Assembly: GCA_041661765.1 (NCBI GenBank)
Contig: JBAZTV010000001.1
Location: 135,755 to 199,754 of the forward strand
Reading direction: 5' to 3'
From: Candidatus Shapirobacteria bacterium
GTDB lineage: Bacteria; Patescibacteriota; Microgenomatia; UBA12405
DNA length: 64,000 nt
The first letter of the stretch is position 1, and each line of letters begins with the position of its first letter. This document shows, in pieces, positions 1 to 7,275 of this stretch. The translations under genes were made by a program, and so were the position numbers. Under the pieces are notes generated by a model. That model had not been told where the DNA came from and did not search any database. It saw only the letters and a program-made list of their open reading frames with translations.

Positions 1-611
1 ACTGCAAAGTTAATAATTAAAGTTATTAAAAATATAAAAATAAAAACATTAAATGTGTGGACTATTGGATGCCAAAATATTTCCTTAATATCGAACTTTT
101 TTGAAGCAGCTGAAGTTGAGTGTCCACAACAAGCTGTTTCATTTAAAACAATTTCATGATTATGATTTTTATTATCATGACCATTTTCCACTGATTTAAT
201 GTGTTTTATAATCTTTTCTTCATCTTTTCTAAAAAAGAAATCAACCCCATAACCAACTACAAGTGCTATTACAATTTTTATTCCAATTAAAGGTAGCACT
301 AAATAGGCTTTATCTGGTTGTGACAAAATTATTGGTATTGCCTCATCAGAGGTAGATAAATAAACCGCCAATAAAGTTCCAATAGTTAATAATTTTTGAG
401 TGAATAGAGCCGTCGCAATTACCGAAAAACCACATTGAGGAAAAATTCCCGCCATTACTCCAATCAAGGGTCCTATTTTTCCTGCATTTTGAACCTTTTC
501 TCTAATTTTATCGCCAAATTTATATTCCATTAATTCGATCACAATATACAGAATCAACAATAAAGGAACAGTTTTTAGACTATCAATTAGTGCATCTATT
601 AATATTTCCAT
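1..611 (-). CDS. Putative metal (Mn/As) efflux membrane protein, DUF2899/ArsP-like; runs off the left edge
   Basis: Absent from the ORF track; manual translation MEILIDALIDSLKTVPLL...GIFPQCGFSV...YLSTSDEAIPIIL; ATG overlaps the Fur TGA stop. Confidence 0.7.
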   Translation of the reverse strand, partial: MEILIDALIDSLKTVPLLLILYIVIELMEYKFGDKIREKVQNAGKIGPLIGVMAGIFPQCGFSVIATALFTQKLLTIGTLLAVYLSTSDEAIPIILSQPDKAYLVLPLIGIKIVIALVVGYGVDFFFRKDEEKIIKHIKSVENGHDNKNHNHEIVLNETACCGHSTSAASKKFDIKEIFWHPIVHTFNVFIFIFLITLIINFA

Positions 612-994
612 CATATATTTTTACAATGAGAACATAACCCAAAAAATTCTAGAGAATGTTCCAAATCTATAAATTTCGTTTCTCGCTGAAATTTTTGTTG
701 AATTTTAATCAATCTCTTTTCTTCATTTTTGGGTAAATCTATCCTTTGAATAGTTTTACATTTAGAACAAATTAAATGATGATAGTGATCCTCAATAGAT
801 TCATAACGAAGAGATCCGTCGCCAATTTCAATCAAACGGACTAAATTTTCTTCTTTAAGAGTAATGAGTGTTCTATAAATTGTGGCTCTATTAAACAAAT
901 TACATTTAAGTTGAATTTCTGTCGAACTGACGGGAGTAGAAGCATTTTTAATTATCTTTAAGACTGATTTTTTAGCAATTGATTGTCTAGCCAT
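611..994 (-). CDS. Fur/Zur family transcriptional regulator
   Basis: RATIYRTL helix-turn-helix, HYHHLICSKC and C-terminal CSHC; likely start MARQS at 994, 7 nt after TATAAT. Confidence 0.9.
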   Translation of the reverse strand: MARQSIAKKSVLKIIKNASTPVSSTEIQLKCNLFNRATIYRTLITLKEENLVRLIEIGDGSLRYESIEDHYHHLICSKCKTIQRIDLPKNEEKRLIKIQQKFQRETKFIDLEHSLEFFGLCSHCKNI

Positions 995-997
995 AAT

Positions 998-1030
998 GGC
1001 CATTATAATGCGACATTGTCGCAATTACAA
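998..1030 (-). promoter_or_regulatory. Sigma70 promoter (TTGTAA-17-TATAAT) with a 7-1-7 palindrome TGCGACA-N-TGTCGCA in the spacer; candidate Fur-family autoregulatory operator
   Basis: Palindrome at 1009-1023 lies between the -35 and -10 boxes of the Fur-family gene. Confidence 0.6.
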
Positions 1031-1080
1031 GCTATTTTTAGTTTTTGTTTTTTTTTAAAAAAATACAACACTATATCTTC

Positions 1081-2394
1081 TCAGTCAGTTTTTAAATAAC
1101 TTCCACCATCTTTAGTAATGATCCAAATCTTTTTATTTTCTGGATATTTATCTATTATTTCGTTTTTTTCAAACAAAACAGAACCAATATAAAATACTGG
1201 AGTTTTATTAGGTAAATAAACATAAACAGGAATATCAGGTCGTTGTTTCTTTACATAATATTTAACTTCCAAAAAATTAAGTTCTGATTCAGGAATAATT
1301 ACATCATCATCACTAATTTTAGAAAGGACTTGTTGAACCCCGTAATTAATAGCTGGTTTAGTTGTTTTTTTGACTATTTCTTCTGAACCTTGAATTAAAA
1401 AAATAATATAAGAAATGCCTATGGCAAAAATAAAATATGATAAATATTTATTTAATTTAGATAATTTAAATAAAGAATAAATAATCCAAATAATAAATAT
1501 AGGTAAAATTGGCATTAAATATCTTTCGTGAAATATTGGTATCCAAAAAGCAGAAATTAAATAGACAATTAAAAATGGAATCAAAAAAAGAAAAATTAAA
1601 ACGGATTCATTTTTAATATCTATTTCTTTATCTTTTTGAGAAATATATTTATTAAACCAATAAAATATTCCCAAAATAACTAAAACAACCACTAAATTAT
1701 AGATCATTCCCTTTGAGGCATAATCAGTCGACCCTTGAAAATAAGTTCTAAATGTTTCTAAAAATATAGATGAATTTTTTGGTTCAATCCAAAAACCACC
1801 AGCAACTTTAGTCCATTGATTCCAAAGAAATAAAAACCAAATCCCAAATGCAATAAAAGGTAACGTAAATAAAGAAATAGCAGATTTAATACTCTTAATA
1901 AGAGAACTTCTATTTTTATAAATCCAAAAAATAACAAAAGCTAATAAAAAGAAAATTCCAAAATTATGTGTCAATAGGGAAAGCGCTAAAAATATAGAAG
2001 AAACAAAATTTTTCTTTTTTAAGAAGAAATAAGTAGCAGTGACTATTAGAAAAGCAAAAAATGAATAACATCTAGCTTCAAAGGCATATTCTAATAAGAA
2101 TGGATTTAATAAAACTGCTAATGATCCAACTATGGACAATTTCCAATTTTTAATTAAATGTTTAAGCATGAAAAATGAAGATATTACCAATAAAATATGA
2201 AAACCAAGAGATAAAGTTCTTACTATATATTCAGAATCACCAAATAATTTTATCCAGAAATGAAGCAAAAAATAATATAGAGGTGGACTTGTATCTTTAA
2301 TTGTTAAAAGCAAAATGTCTTTTAAACTTTTAGCAGAAAGCAGGACACTAAAAGCCTCATCCCTCCAAAAACTTTGATGTAAAATCGACAACAT
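1081..2394 (-). CDS. GT-C fold membrane glycosyltransferase (PMT/family 39-like)
   Basis: SFWRDEAFS, D..PPLYY and EARCYS motifs; many transmembrane segments. Confidence 0.85.
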   Translation of the reverse strand: MLSILHQSFWRDEAFSVLLSAKSLKDILLLTIKDTSPPLYYFLLHFWIKLFGDSEYIVRTLSLGFHILLVISSFFMLKHLIKNWKLSIVGSLAVLLNPFLLEYAFEARCYSFFAFLIVTATYFFLKKKNFVSSIFLALSLLTHNFGIFFLLAFVIFWIYKNRSSLIKSIKSAISLFTLPFIAFGIWFLFLWNQWTKVAGGFWIEPKNSSIFLETFRTYFQGSTDYASKGMIYNLVVVLVILGIFYWFNKYISQKDKEIDIKNESVLIFLFLIPFLIVYLISAFWIPIFHERYLMPILPIFIIWIIYSLFKLSKLNKYLSYFIFAIGISYIIFLIQGSEEIVKKTTKPAINYGVQQVLSKISDDDVIIPESELNFLEVKYYVKKQRPDIPVYVYLPNKTPVFYIGSVLFEKNEIIDKYPENKKIWIITKDGGSYLKTD

Positions 2395-2528
2395 TGGTTT
2401 ATGTTACCACAATTAATTCATTCTAAAAATTAACCATTACAGGCTGTAAAAACGAGAGCGGAGCATTTGAATATGGAATTAATCTATCCCTACAACACTA
2501 AAAACCACTTTATGTTGTAATATTAGGT

Positions 2529-2996
2529 CTAAATTACTTTTTTAACAACCCTATTTGTTAAATCCATTTGCATCCGGCCACTTCCGTTTTCTACTTCCTT
2601 AAAACCCAACCTTTTATAAAAACCAACAGCATCATCAACCGAATCTAATTCAATTTTTTTTATTCCGCGTTTTTGCGCAAGATCTATAGCCGCTTCGACA
2701 ACAGATTTACCAATACCTTTTCCACGATATTTTTTAACAGTTTCAACGACATTTAAGTGTGCACTTTGAATATTTCCATCTGAATCAATGTCGAAAGAAG
2801 TTAATAACGCAGAACCTACTCTTTTATTAAAAAATCCTTTTGTTGCTATTACTTGAGCTTCATAACCATTATTTTCTGACATGTTTTCGACAATATTAAT
2901 ATTTAGTACTTTTTTCGATCCCTGATCTAATCCCAGTTTTTCCAAATTTAAACTCTTATCAATTGAACTCGGATAACCTATTTCACAATTTTCCAT
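2529..2996 (-). CDS. GNAT family acetyltransferase
   Basis: YRGKGIGK motif A and AVGFYKRLGF. Confidence 0.9.
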   Translation of the reverse strand: MENCEIGYPSSIDKSLNLEKLGLDQGSKKVLNINIVENMSENNGYEAQVIATKGFFNKRVGSALLTSFDIDSDGNIQSAHLNVVETVKKYRGKGIGKSVVEAAIDLAQKRGIKKIELDSVDDAVGFYKRLGFKEVENGSGRMQMDLTNRVVKKVI

Positions 2997-3244
2997 GAAA
3001 ATATTATAACAACCTTATTCTAAAATAATTTACATATCAATACTATGAAATCTGAACGAAGCTTATGGTTTTAGTATTAATATATCTTTATTATTCCAAA
3101 TCATTGCTGTCCTTTTTGTAATCTTTTGTAGCTAAATGAGAAAATAAGACACTTTTAAAAAAGGGTTTCTTAAAATTATTTATATTATTTAGACCAACTT
3201 AAGTATTTAAATTTCGGCTTTTTTTCAAAAAAATAGGGTTTTTG

Positions 3245-3297
3245 TTGTAAAAAATGTCAAATGTGATAAACTATAGGCTGTTTTCGTACTTTAACAA
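3245..3297 (+). promoter_or_regulatory. Island operon promoter (TTGTAA, extended -10 TGaTAAACT) followed by boxA-like GTACTTTAACAA
   Basis: -35 at 3245-3250, -10 at 3267-3272, boxA-like at 3286-3297. Confidence 0.5.
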
Positions 3298-3311
3298 ATA
3301 ATTGTTGTTTT

Positions 3312-3377
3312 AGTTTGTGGCTGATGGCTTAGTGAGTACAAATTTTGTGCTTAGTAAGCCATTAGTCATAAAAGACT
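3312..3377 (+). other. Long G-U-rich leader hairpin (about 25-30 bp)
   Basis: TGTGGCTGATGGCTTA pairs with TAAGCCATTAGTCATA; inner TGAGTACAA pairs with TTGTGCTTA. Confidence 0.6.
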
Positions 3378-3414
3378 TTTTAATGGTAATTTTTTTGAAA
3401 AGAGGTTTATTAAA

Positions 3415-4539
3415 ATGAACGAAACCCTGAAAACCAAACTTGTCGAACTCGGACTAAATGACGATCAAATCTCAAAACTCGAATCCGAAGGTGCAAAAAC
3501 CGAAGCCAATATGATCGGTCTTTCACCAGAAGAAATCAGGACTATGTGTGGGTGCGGGTTTATTTTGGCCAAAGAAATCGCCAAAGCCTTCATTCCGACA
3601 CCACCCGAAAAAGGATCCGAATCAATCGCAGTTTTATCAGCCGGGCAGCCTTCAATGGATGTTTTACCTCAAGTACCTGACGATGTTTCTTTCCTGAACA
3701 TGCTTAAAGTTGGTGGTGAACTTAAGGTTGGTGAAACTGAAGTTATCGCTGCCATCAGAGCATCTCTGGCAGACAAAAGCGGGCTTTACGAACTTCCAAA
3801 AATTTTAGCTAACCTTATGGAAAAATTCGCCGAAGAACAGGAAGTTCCATGCAGTAACGACTTTTACTCTTTACAGAAACTTCTAATAAGAAGAAACTAC
3901 GCCGAAATTTTTTCTGCTCTCGAAATCGACAGTGCTAGTGTTACTCAGCCCAAAAAAGATGCACTACTCAAAAAACTTCGGATCAATCTTTGGCCGGCGC
4001 TTTTAGGTTTTCATCAGCAAATCATAGGGTGGTTCTCAACTTATCAACAAACAGCTGCTAATCCGGCGGCAATGATGGGTATGTTTTCTATGCTTGCATC
4101 CGGCAATGGTAGTGCGGCTTCCAGTCTGATTCAGGCTCCTGACACCAACACCTTGCGTGATGCAGCTGAAAGCGTTATTGATCAAATCAATCGCGTTTTT
4201 GCCGGCACCGGTATTGTTATTTCTAGAGCTTTGGCTCTCGATGCTAACAATATTAAAACCGTGCTCGAAAATCCGTCATTGCCGGGACAGATTGGTGCTA
4301 GTAATCATGATCAGATGATTAAAATGCTTAGTGTTAACGTTTCAGCTGATTATGTCCGTCTTGAACGAAATATCACTCGTTACGCCTTGGCCATTATGGA
4401 GTTTCCGAAAGTGACCGCCGGACAATCAGAACTGAGTTATCTTACCGCAATGTTCCAACTTGGAAATGCCATTCCTTGGGACAAACTCGACTCGAAGGAG
4501 GTCGTAGCCGGTACAGGCTCTACCTTTCGAACCCAATGA
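3415..4539 (+). CDS. Uncharacterised protein, 374 aa; possible SAM/HhH-like helical N-terminus
   Basis: Long ORF with SD-like AGAGGT; no family recognised with certainty. Confidence 0.8.
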   Translation: MNETLKTKLVELGLNDDQISKLESEGAKTEANMIGLSPEEIRTMCGCGFILAKEIAKAFIPTPPEKGSESIAVLSAGQPSMDVLPQVPDDVSFLNMLKVGGELKVGETEVIAAIRASLADKSGLYELPKILANLMEKFAEEQEVPCSNDFYSLQKLLIRRNYAEIFSALEIDSASVTQPKKDALLKKLRINLWPALLGFHQQIIGWFSTYQQTAANPAAMMGMFSMLASGNGSAASSLIQAPDTNTLRDAAESVIDQINRVFAGTGIVISRALALDANNIKTVLENPSLPGQIGASNHDQMIKMLSVNVSADYVRLERNITRYALAIMEFPKVTAGQSELSYLTAMFQLGNAIPWDKLDSKEVVAGTGSTFRTQ

Positions 4540-4600
4540 GTTCATCAAAAAATACTCTGAGATTGTCAACGGCAAAGACCATGCTGCCATCGCCGATTGG

Positions 4601-4897
4601 TTGATTAACAATGCCAAAAGCATAGACAAAACTATTTTCGATTCTAATTATTGGGATTTTTTGGAAGTTCTCGATGTTTTAACACTTCGTGTTTTTTCAC
4701 CTTCTGGAGTATTCATTTCTTTAAACAAAGAAAAATATACCTCAATTATCAACAATTCTCAACTACTCGCACTTAGCGAATGTCTTTTTAAAAATGATCG
4801 CGATTTCATTTCCAATCTTCCTTTAGAATTAAAACCATATTTAGCCCAATTAGAAGTCCTCATGGATTTGGCCTACAAAACTAAGATCAGGAGGTAG
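4601..4897 (+). CDS. Small uncharacterised protein; true start uncertain (frame open from 4508)
   Basis: ORF track; 31 further in-frame codons upstream of the TTG and no ATG. Confidence 0.6.
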   Translation: MINNAKSIDKTIFDSNYWDFLEVLDVLTLRVFSPSGVFISLNKEKYTSIINNSQLLALSECLFKNDRDFISNLPLELKPYLAQLEVLMDLAYKTKIRR

Positions 4898-4961
4898 TAA
4901 ACAACAATTATTTCTGGGGTAGGACCTTTTCTAATATTTTTTAGAAAAAAAACTGCCCCAA

Positions 4962-5011
4962 TCCCTCTATCGATGTGTATCGATACCGATGAGTCCAAAA
5001 GGACGAAAGGA
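4962..5011 (+). ncRNA. Type III hammerhead ribozyme, copy 1 (variant core CCGAUGA)
   Basis: CUC cleavage triplet ending at 4967; stem I TATCGAT-GTGT-ATCGATA; CCGATGA; stem II GTCC-AAAA-GGAC; GAAA; short stem III CCU/AGG. Confidence 0.8.
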
Positions 5012-5066
5012 AAAGTACTTTAAAAATAAGGAATGTTTCGTCATTTTTTGAAAGGAGTGATAATAA

Positions 5067-6023
5067 TTGGATCTTATTAAACTAATTTTAGCTCTCGCGC
5101 CACTAATACCTCGGGAAAATACTTCATCTTCATTAATCAAAATGACAGAGTTTGATGGGTTAAACGGAAAATACATTATTTTTGGTTTAAAATCTGCCAG
5201 CATTTCTAGTGGTGCTCCGATTGCCAAAACCAGTAACAGTAAATTGTACGTTACCCAGCTTCCTTCCGGTCAATTTGGATTTATGAAAATTGCTCTTGAA
5301 ACCTACGAAAATGACTCTATTGTCAGAGAATCCAATATTCTCAGGGAATTACAGTTGATTGCTCGTGAGATCGATAATGATTGTCAAAATAAAGGTTTAG
5401 GGAAACCAAACTATGGCGCCTTTTTCCCAAAAGTTTTAGAGACTTTTGATGCTGGTCCTAAAAAGGCTATGTTTTTAGGATTTGATGAAAACATCGAATC
5501 TTATCAACAATTTTCTCCCTTATCTTCATTAACAGGCGATCAGCGAATCGATCTTCAAACTGGTCATTGGATTTTAGGCAAGCTTCTTAAAATTCTTGCC
5601 TTTATTCACAGTTATGGTTATTCTCTTAAGTTAATTAATTCCAGTAATATTCTCCTCGAAACCAATCTTCACGGCGTTTTTATCCTCGATTTTTCTGCTG
5701 CTCAAAAAAATATTGATTCATTAGTTATGTCCCAAGAAATTTCAAATGCTGCCAAAATAGTTTGGTATGCAACTGGTGGAACCAACTCTGAATCTTCACC
5801 TCATGATCAAGACATTATGTCTCTCGAACATCACCATATCTATTTATCCTTTCTTTCCAAATTAATTGAAGGGACAAATTATACTACTGGTACAGTTATT
5901 GATAAATTATATGAACTTTCAGATGGCATTTGGCCAAAAGTTCAAAAGGAGGATGGTACCCCAGGTTTAAAACGACAATTTCATAAATTTTGCACCTATC
6001 CAAAAATAATCATTAAGGAGTGA
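5067..6023 (+). CDS. Protein-kinase-like fold protein, probable pseudokinase
   Basis: GFMKIA (beta3 Lys), VRESNIL (alphaC Glu), IHSYGYSLKLINSSNILL (catalytic loop without Asp), ILDFS; TTG start after SD AAAGGAG. Confidence 0.7.
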   Translation: MDLIKLILALAPLIPRENTSSSLIKMTEFDGLNGKYIIFGLKSASISSGAPIAKTSNSKLYVTQLPSGQFGFMKIALETYENDSIVRESNILRELQLIAREIDNDCQNKGLGKPNYGAFFPKVLETFDAGPKKAMFLGFDENIESYQQFSPLSSLTGDQRIDLQTGHWILGKLLKILAFIHSYGYSLKLINSSNILLETNLHGVFILDFSAAQKNIDSLVMSQEISNAAKIVWYATGGTNSESSPHDQDIMSLEHHHIYLSFLSKLIEGTNYTTGTVIDKLYELSDGIWPKVQKEDGTPGLKRQFHKFCTYPKIIIKE

Positions 6024-6030
6024 TGTTCAA

Positions 6031-7158
6031 ATGGTGGAAAAAAGACACACAGAAACTTTCAGTAGCAGTCACTATGAAAAAACCGTCAGTGAAATGCGCA
6101 CCCGCGGAGAGAAAGTCCACGATGCTGGCCAAAAAGTTTATCGCGAAACTGGCAAACTCGACCCCATGGTCGATATCAAAGGCAAAACTCGCGAATCCCG
6201 AAATGCTTTTATCGACAACGGTAATAACACCTGTCTTTTAACCAAAGGTATAAAAATGCCAGTCGTTTCTTGCGGTGATGGCACTGGTTCGATGGGTGAA
6301 AATGTTGGTAAAGTCTTTTTTGGAATGAAAAAACTTTTTGATATGCTTTCTCCGTTTCAATTGAGATATCAAATTGATCTCTCTGTCGCCGTAGTTCAAG
6401 ATGTTCAGGACAAACATCCTGTTTTTCAAATGGCTCAGTTCGAATCCAGCAATCTTGCTGCCGAGCATGTTACTAAATTAATCCCCGACAAAGATGGTGG
6501 TGATTCAGATGAAGACTATGATCTCGGTCTCTGCTATATCAATGACAGAGTAAATATTGATATTAATCAATACTGTTTGAAAGGCTATTTGTTTATTATT
6601 GCTGATGCCTGTGGTCGCGGTCGCGTTCTTGCTTCTGATGTCAAAAACCATCTAGGATATGAGATTCAATCAAGATCCATTTACACAAAAAAAATCTGTC
6701 AAGAACTTCTCAAAAAATGGCATGTCTTTTTTATCCAGATCAATAGTAGTTATCCAACTTCTTCTTGGTGGTCCGACCTACTTGGTGACAATCGAGTTAT
6801 TTTTGGTTGTGACGCTGATTATCTAGCCGAACTTCAGGCTGGATTAATGTATATCACCGAAACAGAAGAACCTCTTGAAACTAGTTTTATTGCCTTTCTT
6901 CAGGCTTCTGGTAACAATAAAATTTCCGATTACGATGCCAAAAAAATTTGGCAGATAATTCAGCCGGCCAAACCGCTTTTTGGCGCTCAGGCCAAACTCG
7001 ACGTCTTTAATAATATCCCCAAACCTGGTGATATTTTTAGTCACTATCGCAACCCCTGGCCCATTGGTCACGCCCGCGAAAGCGAAAATCCTACTACTAA
7101 TAGCGTCGTTACTACTCCATCTATCGATTCAAACGAAGTTGATTGGACTAAATTCTAA
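6031..7158 (+). CDS. von Willebrand factor A (vWA) domain protein
   Basis: MIDAS-like DGTGSMG, GGDSDEDYD and YLFIIAD; SD AAGGAG. Confidence 0.8.
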   Translation: MVEKRHTETFSSSHYEKTVSEMRTRGEKVHDAGQKVYRETGKLDPMVDIKGKTRESRNAFIDNGNNTCLLTKGIKMPVVSCGDGTGSMGENVGKVFFGMKKLFDMLSPFQLRYQIDLSVAVVQDVQDKHPVFQMAQFESSNLAAEHVTKLIPDKDGGDSDEDYDLGLCYINDRVNIDINQYCLKGYLFIIADACGRGRVLASDVKNHLGYEIQSRSIYTKKICQELLKKWHVFFIQINSSYPTSSWWSDLLGDNRVIFGCDADYLAELQAGLMYITETEEPLETSFIAFLQASGNNKISDYDAKKIWQIIQPAKPLFGAQAKLDVFNNIPKPGDIFSHYRNPWPIGHARESENPTTNSVVTTPSIDSNEVDWTKF

Positions 7159-7221
7159 CGCAAACATTCTTTACAAAAGTCAGGACAGGTTGCTTTTGGC
7201 AACAAAACAATCTGTCCTACA

Positions 7222-7272
7222 TCCCTCTTCTGATGTGTATCAGAACTGATGAGTCCAAAAGGACGAAAGGGA
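7222..7272 (+). ncRNA. Type III hammerhead ribozyme, copy 2 (canonical core)
   Basis: Stem III TCCCT/AGGGA; C17 at 7227; stem I TTCTGAT-GTGT-ATCAGAA; CTGATGA; stem II GTCC-AAAA-GGAC; GAAA. Confidence 0.92.
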
Positions 7273-7275
7273 AAT

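Noticed and set aside
2430-2520. Duplicated tRNA-Ser(GCT) 3' end as the left att site
   Set aside because: No convincing copy of the tRNA end was found at the left boundary.
7249-7275. N-terminal extension MSPKGRKGN of the PurA-like ORF
   Set aside because: This ATG is part of the hammerhead core CTGATGA; PurA-like sequence starts at ATG 7276.
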